Assembly (NCBI GenBank): GCA_951406725.2
Contig: OX597821.1
Location: 46,190,001 to 46,254,000 of the forward strand
Direction: 5' to 3'
Source: Octopus vulgaris
Taxonomy: Eukaryota
DNA length: 64,000 nucleotides
Below the pieces are notes generated by a model, which saw only the letters and a list, made by a program, of their open reading frames with translations, did not search any database and was not told the origin of the DNA. This document shows positions 1 to 26,661 of this stretch, in pieces (the stretch's first letter is position 1; each line of letters opens with the position of its first letter). Position numbers and translations under genes: made by a program.

Positions 1-287
1 GAGGGTGGGGTGGGGGGCGGGAGAAAAGAAAGCTAGGGTGAGTAAGAGTGAGAGCGTGAGAGAGAAGGGAAACTTATGTGGTGGTGGTCAAGACGGATAT
101 GAATTACTTAATTTTTCTATTATCGGCCGTTATGTTTTGTTTTGTTGTTCATTTGTCTTCACCTTGAGTAGTTTCTCTTGAAGAACCAAGACCACCACCA
201 CTAAAATCTAGAGTTACGGCGAGGGGGAGGTGGGGTCGCAGACACACTCACATACACGTGCATGCATACATTTCTCTCTGTTACATA

Positions 288-288
288 T

Positions 289-361
<73 letters not shown>

Positions 362-380
362 ATATTTACGTATGTATGTA
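288..380. repeat. (TA)n / (TATG)n microsatellite
   Basis: Directly visible. Confidence 0.95.
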
Positions 381-1039
381 TGATTAATCTATGTCACGAG
401 CCGAAGTTTTAGTTACGATCGTTCTTCAAATGTTAATGAGTATATCTTGATGCTTATCGTTTATATTTCTGTATGCATACAACAGTAAGCGATTATATAT
501 GTATGTGTTTGTGTGTGTGTGTGTTATTCAGATGTAAAGGAAACTAGCGCCAACCTGTTTTGTTTGAGTAATATATTTCATTAAACTGGAAACGACTTAC
601 ACTTATAGGGAAAGGCGAGTTGGCTGTTTTGAAGATAGCAATAGAGGTATGAGTTATGCCGATGAAAGCGATAACTATGATGATTAATAATAATAATAAC
701 ATTAGCAAGAAACAACGATGCGTTGTTTTTGTTTATTCCCAAGTCAGCATAGTTCAAGCAGACCAATGATCAAAGTCATTGCAGCTACAACCAGCCGATC
801 GTTTTCATGGGTATATAGGACACTTATATTAGTTAATATGTCCTTAAAGTTTGATATGAGGAAGATTTGGTTACTACTTCTAGCAAGTAATGTCGCTGGA
901 TAGAGGTCTCCTCATTACTCATGCAGGCAATGGTACTGTAGCAAAGGAAAGAGACATCGATGGAGGAAAAAAACTAAATAATCAACAAAGTATTGTATGA
1001 AAAACAAACTGATTAGTAACCATAAAAATAATGTGTAAA

Positions 1040-1466
1040 TGAGTCGGAGGCGCGCGCGTAGGTGTCGGATAAGACCAACCATGACAAGCGAGTCTGCTAC
1101 TAAAAGAGAGAGAAGTGAACAACGAAAGGGAGAGAGGTGGAGAGGAGAAGAGGGTGGAGGGATTCCTAGATTGACCAATGAGAAAGCAGCATGAGGGTCC
1201 CTGTATTAACTGTGTGTCTCAGTACAAGCTTTTCATTGGTCGGTTCCGTGTTTTGTACTATAAATAACCAGTTCTCATCAATAAAAGCCTTCAAAATGAC
1301 AGGTCATGTGACCAGCTTCAATTAATCCCAGTCAGTGAGTCCTCTTGTCTTGTTCGACGCCGATTTTTATATTGTCGACCATTTACATACAATATTAAAC
1401 CTCGTGGATACCAAACTGTATCAAAGATTCACAGCGAGATACTATTTTCCTTTTAGATCGGTAAGT
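1040..1466 (+). promoter_or_regulatory. Candidate Pol II promoter and first non-coding exon ending at a splice donor
   Basis: Locally CpG-rich. CCAAT at 1175-1179, ATTGG at 1235-1239, near-palindromic E/M-box GGTCATGTGACC at 1302-1313, consensus donor CG|GTAAGT at 1460/1461. Confidence 0.45.
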
Positions 1467-2668
1467 GTTCCGTTGATCACAATATATATTTATTTACACA
1501 GCAACTTCTCTCTCTCTCTCTCCCTCACATGTCTTTTATGATTCACTCCACCTCATACTCTCTCACTCACTTTGTTGATTAAATGTAAATACATAACGTA
1601 TTTATTATATTAGCAGCCTATGCTTAATAATGAAATATTTTAAAGATTTAAATGATTGCTGATTTCACGTTTTTTTATTTTTCTGTTTTGTAAACCAAGT
1701 ATAATATAATAATGTATCTGTCACAAATGTTTCGATTATATGATAAAATGCAATGTTTCTAACGGTAATGTTTAAAAAAAAATATTAATTTTCTCGTTGG
1801 TTATATAAACTCCAATAACAAACAAGGAATAATTTAATTGTCCATGTGTAGTAGTAATAATAAATATTGTCTGATCCTAATATTTTGTGCTGAGGTTTGT
1901 CGTTAGTGCATGTCTGTGTTTGTGTCTACCCCCCTCCCCCTCTCTGGCTAGCATTCCCTCCTTCTCTCTCACGTCAACTACTGCCACCACTACCCTCGCC
2001 CCTGCTGATGCCTACTTCACTATTTCAACATGGCGACCCTCACTTCAAATTAGAAGTAGTTGTAGTAGCCAAATCTCTTTCTCCCTCCTTCTCTCTCTCT
2101 CTCTCGCTCCTTTTTACTGCTCTTGTTCTTTCTTCATCTGTTTACATCTATCTTTCTCGTCGTCTCCATCCACCCATCCTTCTATTTTTCTCTCTTGAAA
2201 ACCTCTATTCTCTTTCCTAACTCTTACTTACTCACCATTCAACCTCTTCCTTCTCTCTCATCCTTTACAAATTAAAACAACAAACGCTTAATTTCTTTAC
2301 AAATATTACAATCTCTGCATAAAGAAATATGCGGTGATTGCATGTTTATTATGATTTCATATGAAATTATTTCTATAGGTTTTTTTTTGTTTAATGTTGA
2401 GTGTCGCAAGCTGTTTATTCTCTCTCCTTGTGTATACTTGTATAGTAAATAAATGAAGAGACCAGTTTCACTGGCAACACAGGTGGTGATGAAAGCACAC
2501 ACTGTAACATCTACATGTTAACCTACTTGCTTGCTAATAACACGACACTCCTCATGTATCTTTCTATATACGTTGTTTTATGCCAAGGAAGGGGTGTTAT
2601 ATATACATGCACTTATATTAGTCCCTGTTCATGTTATTGTTCACACTTGTATATATTATGTGCGTTGG

Positions 2669-2705
<37 letters not shown>

Positions 2706-3014
2706 GTATGTATATATGTGTCTATATGTGTGTAAGTATATGTGCATGTGTATATATATGTATTTAGATATATGTGTATATATATATGTATGTATGTATA
2801 TATATATGTATGTATATATATATGTATGTATGTATATATATATGTATGTATATATATATATATGTATGTATATATATATATATGTATGTGTATATATATA
2901 TATGTATGTGTATATATATATGTATGTGTATATATATATGTATGTGTATATATATGTATGTGTATATATGTATGTATATATATATGTATATATATATGTA
3001 TGTATATATATATG

Positions 3015-3067
<53 letters not shown>

Positions 3068-3337
3068 GTGTGTATGTATATATATGTGTGTATGTATATA
3101 TATGTGTGTATGTATATATATGTGTGTATGTATATATATGTGTGTATGTATGTATATGTATGTATATATATGTGTGTATGTATATGTGTGTATGTATATA
3201 TATCTATGTATGTATATGTATTTCTATGTATGTATGTATGTGTATGTATGTATATATATGTATTTGTATGTATGTATATATATATATATATATGTATGTA
3301 TATATATATATGTATGTGTATATATATATATATATAT
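2669..3337. repeat. Compound (TA)n/(TATG)n/(TGTG) microsatellite array
   Basis: Directly visible; source of the spurious Y/I/M/C/V ORFs. Confidence 0.95.
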
Positions 3338-3934
3338 CGAGCACATGCACACGATGCATTTTTGTCCCCATCTCGCTGCTTTTCAAATCTTATTGTACAC
3401 AGTGATCCCTTATTTTCTTCTCCCTTTTTATTAACTATATACTCCGAATACTATTTTCGGGGCTACTTTTGAATAATTTCACCCGATTGATAATTACTGA
3501 AATAATTTAGAATCGTCTTTTCCCTTCAATTTCTCGACAATATTTATTGTTTTTTATGTTTAATCCGTATTATTATTATGTTTAATTGCTTTAAGATGTT
3601 GATGTAAGATAATCGATGTTAAGGTTGTTTATTCAGAGTTATATATCTGATTATTTCTATATAGTTGTTTAGTGCGTAACTAATAGATTAGATATAAAAT
3701 TTTCATCATTACTATCGTTCTATCAGTATAATATGATGAATTTATTTTTGACTGCAGATGGTTGTTTGTTTCCTTGAACAGGATACGGTTTGGATTAGTT
3801 TTCACTCACAGCTCCTATTGTCCATGAGATCATAGATTCATTTTATTACATGCATCGGCACAGTTAATCTAGCTGCTGCCATTGCTGAATATATTTGAAA
3901 ACATTTCTCTCTCGCATGCGTCCGCCATATATAT

Positions 3935-3979
<45 letters not shown>

Positions 3980-4914
3980 CTAGAGAGAGAGAGAGAGAAA
4001 GCAAGCGAGAGGCGCGCACATCTTTCCTAGCCATTTCTTGGCAGACATGAGTTTCAACCATTGGTTGTTTGTTGTGGTAGGAGGAAGGAAAGGATACGCG
4101 CGTGCGAGAGAGAGAGATCTAAGCAAAAGTAGTGTTGTTTGAGCCCTAGGTAAAGCCTTGATTGAGCTGGCCCATGATCAGAGACACTCTAGCCTTGACC
4201 ATCCCATCTTTAAGAGTTTCCAGGATTACAGAATTTAATGTGCGTTGTATTTTTTGAGACAGACGAAGGATGTGTAATTTGAGGTGTATGTATGTGACTG
4301 CTATTTCAAGCAAGTCAAGTGACCACATAGAGGCTCCCCTGTTGGTTAAGTGTATGTGTTCATGCAATGTGGATCAAGTGAGAGGGGTGATGATATGCAT
4401 AGAAATGGTGGAGTCCTGAGACGGAGAGATACAGTGCGAGAGAGAGAGAGAGAAAAGGAGGGAAATGTTTATTTTGAAAGTACAACGACACATTGCTTAT
4501 AATGGCTCCAGCTCAAAGTTCATGATGACGTATCGAGGTCATCTGTCATTGAATGGGAGAGAGGGAAGCTCTTTCCAGCAGACTTTCTGTCTGCTTTTAG
4601 ACTCCCTCGCACTAATTTCGCCTTATTTACTTCACAAAAACTTGCTGATTTTCTTGTTCGTTCTCTTCCTCCACATCGCCATTGTTGACTGTTATACTTA
4701 CAGAGCGTTTTATTGCTACAAATATTGGCAAATCTTGGATTTATTGTCATTGTGTTGTTGCAAACTACGGCGAAATGTGGTGGTTGATAGAAAAAAGGAG
4801 AAATATTGTTGCATATAAACGAGGTTGTACGTGTGTGCGCGCGCGCGCGCGAATATATGTGTGTGTGTATATATGTTTGTGTGTATATGTATGTATATTT
4901 TTATGTTACATATA

Positions 4915-5110
4915 TTTTCTTTTACTTGTTTCAGTCATTAGAATGCTTTCATTCTTCGTTAGAATGCTAATGGGCACCTTCTTGAACGGGTTAGTCGAAC
5001 AAAACGACCCCAGTTTGGTACTCTTTGCATCGGAATCATTTTGCTGAACCGCTAAGTTACGGGGACGCAAACAAACCAACACCAGTTGGCAAGCGGCCGA
5101 GGAGGGAGGC
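4915..5110 (-). mobile_element. Degenerate 3' part of the CR1-tailed tRNA-derived SINE family
   Basis: TTTTACTTGTTTCAGTCAT and GAACCGCTAAGTTACGGGGAC match the copy at 9125-9520. Confidence 0.65.
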
Positions 5111-5529
5111 AAAAATTGACAAGCATTTGTGTGTATATAAGCAAATGAATAATTACAGACGGTGGAGATAAAGGTCATCCGTCGTCTGTTGTTATTCATT
5201 TGCATATAATACACCTTAGGGACTCACAGCACGTCGGACACCCTAGAATATACCAAACAACATATAGTCAAATGGACGTGCGCTTCGGACCAGACCCTGG
5301 CCGCTAAATACTTTTAGGAGTGGTTTTCACTATGTGCCCAACCTGAACATTCTACTGGATATTAATCGACCATAGGTGGTGACCACAGGTTAATCCAACC
5401 CCGCTTGGGGCTTATTATTTAAGTATCCGATTCTTTCAGGAATCCTTATACACACACACACACATATATATAGTTCATATTTACAAAAGACAAAGACAGG
5501 CGTAGGAACAATATGTGTGTGCGCGATAA

Positions 5530-5645
5530 GTTACTTTCAGATTCCGTCTACCAAATCCACTCACAGGGCTTTGGTCGGTCCGAGGTGCCACATGGTGGGA
5601 TTGGACCTGGAACCATGTAGTTGGAAAGCAAACAACTGCGCCAAT
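5530..5645 (-). mobile_element. Degenerate 5' part of the same SINE family
   Basis: CCGTCTACCAAATCCACTCACAGGGCTTTGGTCGG matches 9380-9416. Confidence 0.7.
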
Positions 5646-5717
5646 GTATATTTTTTCTTTACTATTTCTAATTGTCAGAAAGTTGTAAAAGTGGTTTGAG
5701 GTGTCATGATTTTGCCC

Positions 5718-5778
<61 letters not shown>

Positions 5779-7475
5779 CTTTCTCACTACCTCTTTCCTT
5801 TGTAAACTTAAATATCCAGCACGGCTTCATATGCTCTATTTTACTGTACACAGATAATACGACGCTGAAAAACAGTGTTACTTAGCTTCTGAAGAAAAGC
5901 TAGCTACATTCCAAAAACTTTATAGGAAAAAAACAAATTTAATTTGAACTTTACCAATAAAAGAAATATGTTGACGAAGCAAGTGAACAAGGGAACTTTT
6001 GATAACAGCAAAATACCATCTGGTGGAGCTATATTACTCATGAGAAATGAATGTGATATAATAAATTGTTTATTTTTATATTTTCATTTGATTATTCTAT
6101 CATGGGTTTTTTTTTACTAATCAGTATTAAATTATCAACAGCACAAAGAAGTTTCTCTCAATGACATTTGTGAATAAGACAGGTAATGACACAGATTATA
6201 AAGTAAAGCACTGCAGATGTTTTCATTTTGCTGTTCAGCTGCATGTGAACTCTACTCAAGAAGACCTGTGATAAAAGATCCAATGCGCCTTTCTTTTAGG
6301 AAGCTGGCAAGATGAGGGAGATTTAGTTGTTGTTCCTATAACGTCAAGCATCCTAGTTGCAGCTTCGTCATTAGTTTAGCCCAACCTCAAGATCATAGAA
6401 TTGATGGAAACATGGTCAGTGCATTGTAATAACTTAAATATCAGCATTGAAAGATTTGGACTTGGAATTTAGAAGTAAAGAACCAAATACTTTTAAACTC
6501 TCAATCCAAAAACACAACTGTTTGCATTATTCCCTTCACTGCCTTCAAAATTAAAATGGTGAACACTAAAATGAAAAAAAAAAAGAATCAAAGCATGATC
6601 TGTTGCTAATCAGGGGTAAAAAAGGAGGCTTGCAATTTACCCATTATATAACAAATTCCTAATTTACAATGAATTAATGGCTCTTTTAATTATTTAAGTG
6701 TATTTTTATCATGTATTAGTTTGTGCAGGTTTTGATTACTCATATAGAGTCCATCATATTTTCAGAGCTGTTGCAAAACCATTTCATAAAACCATTTGTA
6801 GCTTGATTGGCTGAGCTACAGAGAGTTACATTGGCCTTGTCACAGATCCAGTGCAAGTCTAGTGAGAGAATATAATCTGGTAGTTGGGTACTTGGGAGAT
6901 ATTTAGGGATTTATATAATTTAAAAGTTCTCTAAAGTCCTGTATAAAATTCCAAGATGCGAACCACTGTATTAACATTCATGCTGTTAGAGTTGCTTACA
7001 TCCAGTTGTTTTATAATACTGGTCAATTTTCCTGCGACCATGATGGCATGTAAATAAATAGGTACAATGAAGAATATCTCTCAATGATTTATTGATTTAG
7101 CTCTCTGGGTATTTTTTGTCTTTAACATAGATACTGTGGTTATTTGAGAAGCTAAAACTGAGTTTACCAAAATGTCATAAGTCAACCTTTCTTTCTTGTT
7201 CAAGTACTGTATGGTACAATTAATTCCTTGCTTTTGTTTATGTACTCAGTTTCTGAGGTGGTGTACAATATGACAGTTACATAATGTTTCATTCGCTTTA
7301 TATCATTTGCATTTCTATACGTGTGAGTCTGACAGTAGATTACATTCATCCAAGAACTATTTGATCAAGAGTCAAGTAAGTATTCCATGCCAAGGAAAAC
7401 CTGGCATCCCAATGTTGAAACTCTATACTCATGCTCCTTATTTTGTTAAAAACATTCAGAAAACTCGAATGAGTA

Positions 7476-7652
7476 TCATCATCATCATTTAGCGTCCGTT
7501 TTCCATGCTAGCATGGGTTGGACGGTTCAACTGGGGTCTGTGAAGCTGGAAGGCTTCATCAGGCCCAGTCAGATCTGGCAGTGTTTCTACGGCTGGATGC
7601 CCTTCCTAATGCCAACCACTCCGTGAGTGTAGTGGGTGCTTTTTACGTGCCG
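7476..7652 (-). mobile_element. RTE-type 3' end with (GAT)n tail (truncated LINE 3' UTR or RTE-dependent SINE)
   Basis: Reverse complement of 50240-50421, which terminates the RTE fragment at 49195; (CAT)n at 7476-7488. Confidence 0.8.
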
Positions 7653-7714
7653 TTCTTTGAAAAAGTTCTTTGGATCTTATATTGGTTTCAAATTTTGGGA
7701 GAAGGCCAGCTATT

Positions 7715-7895
7715 TCGAGGGAGGGATTTGTCAATTACACCATTCCCAGTACTCAACTGGTACATATTTTATAAACTCCAAAAGGATGACAGGCAGAGTT
7801 GACCTTCACGGAATTTGAACTCAGAATGTACAGCTGGACAAATGCTAAGCAGCATTTTGCTCAGTGTGCTAATGATTCTGCTAGCTCACCACCTT
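7715..7895 (-). mobile_element. tRNA-headed SINE, same family as 33208 and the 36090 array
   Basis: Reverse complement reads GGTGGTGAGCTAGCAGAATCATTAGCA...CTGAGTTCAAATTCC...TCATCCTTTTGGAGTTTATAAAATATGTACCAG. Confidence 0.75.
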
Positions 7896-8023
7896 TGTAT
7901 CTAATATTGATAAGTTATTTATCATTTGTTTCTTCTCATTGAGTAGGTTCAAAAAGCAAGCTGTGATGTATGTGAAACTTGCCACAGTCTAGCAAAAGTT
8001 TATCATTTCCAAAGTTCTGGTAG

Positions 8024-8246
8024 TTAACCCTTTCGTTACTGTATTTATTTTGAGATGCTCTGTATTTCTCTCAATTATTATAGATATAACAAAGAATTTA
8101 GTAAAATAACTTAGTTATCATTAAGCTAGTGTTAGGAACATAAATTGTGACTAAGGTTTGGTGGAGGATTTTAATTCAGAACTTATGAAAACAAGACATT
8201 TGTACAACAGAGCCGGTTTCAGCCGGGTTGGTAACGAAAGGGTTAA
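8024..8246. mobile_element. piggyBac-type MITE with TTAA target-site duplication
   Basis: TTAA|CCCTTTCGTTAC ... GTAACGAAAGGG|TTAA: 12-bp perfect TIRs with CCC/GGG ends, element 8028-8242. Confidence 0.85.
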
Positions 8247-8899
8247 ATCTCCTCAATCAACTTTATTGTGTTAACCCTTATGATGGATAATGTATTTCCT
8301 GATATACACAACCCAAACATCATCATATTTCAATGTATTTTTTTTAATTATTAGGTGTTCACATTTAGTTAAGCAGTTTAATTTGTTGGTTGAAAAGGAT
8401 GCAAGTCACAACTATACATGTCCTCTAAAATGTAGTATATTCTGCCTGGTGAAATAATTTCCATGTGTGTGCGTGTAATAAATACACCACACATACTGCT
8501 GTTCTCAGGAGTTTTTCACTGTTCTGAAGTTTCTATGGTTGCTGACTCAGCTTTCTCCCTCCTCCTTCTCTAAATTGTTTATTTATTTATGCTTGTATGT
8601 ATCAGATCTTGTGACTTTTTCAGTCCCTCTCAAATCACTAGCTATTTTGGATTAACACTTATCTACAGCTGTCAAAAAAAGATATTGATTTTCAGTCTTG
8701 GCTTTTGTCGCCAAACACTGTGGCTACCTGTCTGGCACTCATTCAAAGAACCCTTATGTCTATTCCTTATATTAATTATTTACTTTAATATTTTAGGGAA
8801 GCCTCTATGCAGTCATTTGGCCTACTAGAAATAGCAACCAAATCTCTCGTTACCATCTTATAAAAAGATGTGGACCCAGGTATACTAAGACTATCAAAC

Positions 8900-9124
8900 A
8901 GACAAGATGGTTACTGCGGGGCACTGTTAATCTTGAGTCAGCTTGAACAGGGCTGAAATGGAGTAAAACAACATGGCGAAAGAATAGAGCAGGGATCGCC
9001 ATCACCCCACTGCCGGAGCCTAGTGGGGCTTTAGGTTTTTCCATTCAAGAAACATGCACAACGTCCGATCTGGGAATCGAAACCGCGATCCCACAACCGC
9101 GTGTCCGCTGCCCTAACCACTGGG
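8900..9124 (-). mobile_element. tRNA-derived SINE abutted or interrupted at its head by the 9125-9520 SINE
   Basis: Minus strand CCCAGTGGTTAGGGCAGCGGAC...GGTTTCGATTCCCA (A/B-box-like); same head as 38830-38872. Left boundary approximate. Confidence 0.65.
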
Positions 9125-9517
9125 CTCTTTACTCTTTTACTTTCAGTCATTTGACTGCAGCCATGCTGGAGCACCGCCTTTAGTCGATCAAATTGCCCCC
9201 AGGACTTATTCTTTGTAAGCCTAGTACTTATTCTATCGGTCACTTTTACGGAACCGCTAAGTTACGGGGACATAAACACACCAGCATCAGTTGTCAAGTG
9301 ATGCTGGTCGGACAAACACAGACACACAAACATACATACACATATATATATACATATATACAACGGGCTTCTTTCAGTTTCTGTCTACCAAATCCACTCA
9401 CAAGGCTTTGGTCGGCCCAAGGTATAGTAGAAGACACTTGCCCAAGATGCCACGTAGTGGGACTGAACCCGGAACTATGTTGGTAAGCAAGCTACTTACC
9501 ACACAGCCACTCCTGTG

Positions 9518-9520
<3 letters not shown>
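9125..9520 (-). mobile_element. Full-length tRNA-derived SINE with CR1-LINE-like 3' tail
   Basis: Head AGGAGTGGCTGTGTGGTAAG...GGGTTCAGTCCC, central CTTGGGCAAGTG, tail GGCGGTGCTCCAGCATGGCTGCAGTCAAATGACTGAAA followed by GTAAAAGAG-type repeats. Confidence 0.85.
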
Positions 9521-9550
<30 letters not shown>

Positions 9551-9558
<8 letters not shown>

Positions 9559-11612
9559 CTAGTTTCAGCTCAGAGCTGCAGCCATGCTGATGCATCGCCG
9601 TTTTGTGCTACACTGTTATTACGACAAACCTCATCTAATATGTGGCACTTGGTGAAGAATGGAGTTTGATACAGCTACTCTCATTTGCACCTCTTGCCGT
9701 GAGGTAGGTTCATCTGGGACTCTTGACAGGAAGATGTCCAGCTTTGATTTAAAAACCACTACATCTACTTTGTGCAAGTTCCTCAGACTCTTTGGGAGAA
9801 TATTAAAAAGCTGTGGGCCCTTGAAACCCAGGCTGTTGCAGAAGCTGGTCCTGAAGCGTGATGGCATTGCTGGGATCTTTGGCACTATGCAGTGTCGTCC
9901 CGTTCTAGCATTGGTGTAGCTTACAATGCCAAAATTTGGCACAATTCCTTCCAGGATCTTCCAGACATATATTACTGCATACCTCTCCCGTCTTCTCTCC
10001 AGGGAGTAGAGTCTTAGCTGTTTCAACCTTTCCCAGTAGCTGAGCTGTTGCAAAGAGACGATCTTCTTTGTGAATCTTCTCTGGATTGCTTCAAGGTTCG
10101 CTGTTAATTTTACACTGGTGGGTGACCATAGCTATGAGCAGTAATCCAGGCGACTGAGGACGAATGTCCGCCAGAGGACCATCGTAGTTTCCTTATCTCT
10201 TGTTCTGAATGTTCTTAGGATCCACCCAGCCAGTCATCTGCACCTTGTCGCCATCCTGGTAATGTGCCCTTGGAATGAGGTATCATCACTCATGTCGATA
10301 CCCAGGTCCCTCACAGACTTAGGCTCTGGGATTGAAATTCCCTGTGGACCGGTGTATCCTGTAAGTTTAATATTCAGTTTTGGATGCTGGTAGTGCAGGG
10401 CCTGGAATTTTTCAGCATTAAACTGCATATTATTATCCTCAGCCCATCTGTAGATTGAGTCCAAATCCTGCTGCAGGTGTGCAACATCGCTGGGGTTCTG
10501 TATTTTCTGCGAGACTTTCGTATCGTCTGCATAGCTGGCCAGAGTGGCTATCCGGGCATTTGAGGGCATATCTGAGAGGGCCACTATAAAAAGCAGTGGT
10601 CCGAAGACAGTGCCCTGTGGAACACCGCTCACTATTTGTGTGTTCATAGAGGTGGCTCCATTAACCACTACTGCCTGACTCCTATCTTTCAGGAAGTCAT
10701 GCAACCACACTCCAAGTTTTCCAGCTATGCCGAGGTCACGTAGTTTGTGGCATATCATACCATGATCCACCTTGTCAAAAGCTTTTGCAAAATCAAGGTA
10801 GATTACGTCCACATTTGATTTGTTGAGTAACTGCCTCAACACCCAGTCATAATGCTGTAAGAGCTGGGTCAGGCAGCTCCTACCTGGTCGAAAACCATGC
10901 TGGGTATTACTCAGCAAGTTATTTTCCTCAAGGAATGCGATTAGTTTCTTTCTGACAATCCGTTCCATGACTTTGCTGATGTGTGAAGTCAGAGAGATAG
11001 GCCTATATTTTTTGGCATCTGCTCTACTTCTCCCTTTATGTATTGGGCATATTATTCTCTCCTTCAGCTTGCTTGGCAGTTTGCCATTCGCAAGAAAGCT
11101 CTGGAAGAGAATCTTGAGGGGTTTTGCCAGGGCATGCTTACACGCTTTGAGGAGGATGACTGGGAAACCGTCTGGACCAGCAGCTGAGTTTGTGTACACT
11201 TCATCTATGGCTAGTAGGACATCTTTTTCGCTAATGTCAATACATTCTATTGTAAACGCCTCGCTGGTTATAGGTGAGGCGGCAAAGAAGTTCACATGGT
11301 TCGTTCACTTGTCTGTGTTCCAGCGGGGTAGTAAAGACACTTTTGAACTGGTCATTCAGCATTTCACTGATCATAGATGGACTGTCTGTGAGGGAGCCAT
11401 CCTTTTGGAGGAGGGGTCCTATCTTGTAGTGCCCTGAGACTGTTTCTTTCGCATAATGAAAGAAGGCCTTTGGGTTTGATTTAATGCTTTTTATAACCCA
11501 GGCTTCTTTGTCTGCTTTCTCCTTCACATAGGATTGTTGCAGCATTTTTTCGATCTCCAACAGTGTTGTTTTTAGGCGGGACGTTTCGCTACTTTTGAGA
11601 TGTTGGTTGAGA
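9551..11612 (-). mobile_element. 5'-truncated CR1-group LINE (family B); RT with two nonsense changes and a frameshift
   Basis: ORFs 11237-11560, 10234-11295 and 9631-10053 with [44 protein letters not shown]. In-frame stops near 10234 and 10133. 3' UTR ends in a short A-run abutting (TA)n at 9521-9550. Confidence 0.93.
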
Positions 11613-13471
<1,859 letters not shown>

Positions 13472-14091
13472 CTAAGGAAGGTAAAATATGCCCTATTCAT
13501 AAAGGAGGTAGCAGAGCGGAGGCCAAGAACTACAGACCTATCTCTCTGACCTCACACATCAGCAAGGTCATGGAACGAATAGTCAGAAGGAAACTAATCA
13601 CCTTCCTTGAAGAAAATGACTTGCTGCCTGACACCCAACATGGTTTCCGACCAGGAAGAAGCTGCTTAACTCAGCTCCTGCAGCACTATGACTGGGTGCT
13701 GAAACAACTGCTCAACCACTCAAATGTGGAAGTCATATATCTCGACTTTGCAAAGGCCTTCGATAAAGTCGATCATGGAATGATATGTCACAAACTGCGA
13801 GATCTTGGCATAGTTGGAAAACTAGGAGAATGGCTTCACGACTTTCTGAAGAATAGAAGTCAGGTGGTAGTAGCCAATGGGGCCACTTCCATTAGCACGC
13901 AAATAGTGAGCGGTGTTCCACAGGGCACTGTTTTGGGACCACTACTGTTCATAATGGCCCTCTCAGACATGCCCTCAGCCACGCGGAGAGCCACGATCAC
14001 AAGTTATGCAGATGATACAAAAGTTTCACAGGCAATACAGAACCCTGAAGACACTAGGCACCTGCAATATGAGCTGGACGAAATATACAAG
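13472..14091 (+). mobile_element. Internal RT fragment of CR1-group LINE family A, flanked by TA arrays on both sides
   Basis: [12 protein letters not shown]...[11 protein letters not shown]...GVPQG...YADD...LDEIYK; near-identical to about 26964-27583. Confidence 0.93.
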
Positions 14092-14137
14092 TATATATAT
14101 GTATATATATATATATGTATATATATATGTATATATG

Positions 14138-14179
<42 letters not shown>

Positions 14180-14180
<1 letters not shown>

Positions 14181-14460
14181 AAAATCAAGATCAAACCAAA
14201 TTGAGGTCGATCAACATCAGGGCCCCCGTGCAGGTGACACGTAAAAGTTCCATCCGTTCGTAGCCGTTCGCCAGCCCTGTCTGGCCCCCGTGTAGGTGGC
14301 ACGTAAAAGCACCATCCGTTCGTGTGTTGATTGCCAGTTCTTTCTTTCACTGGCCCCAGTGCCTTTCACTATGTCTTTTTTCGGCGAACGCATTGCATAG
14401 CTCTAAAATTTCCTATCTTTGGCTCACATATCAAGACACGTAAAAGCAATTACGTTTACC
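14180..14460 (+). mobile_element. Degenerate RTE 3'-UTR-like fragment
   Basis: Repeated GGCACGTAAAAGCACC motif as in 50125-50260. Confidence 0.55.
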
Positions 14461-14737
14461 GTAATGCCAGCATACCATTTCTGGCCCCGAAAAAAATCCG
14501 TCTGGTCCAGACACACATTGTAATAAGTATCAAGTTCTACTTTTCGTTTTTATTTATTCTCTCGATTTATGCAAATGCTGTTCTCGTTTTTCTAGTTTTC
14601 TGTCACAGAGCCATACTTAGTATATTTCCGTAGGTACATACGAAATCGTTATATGTAATTTATCAATATTTATTTATATATATTTATATATATATAGTAT
14701 ATTTTAGATACATACATATCTTCTATTTATTTATTAC

Positions 14738-26661
<11,924 letters not shown>

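Noticed and set aside
1887-2220. Ser/Leu/Pro-rich ORFs (also 30994-31270)
   Set aside because: Products of pyrimidine-rich low-complexity tracts.
5885-5920. CTGAAGA hammerhead-like seed
   Set aside because: No helix II closure or downstream GAAA core.
10130-10240. Programmed readthrough or selenocysteine in LINE B
   Set aside because: The TGA and TAG align with Arg and Gln codons in family A, so they are ordinary C-to-T nonsense mutations.
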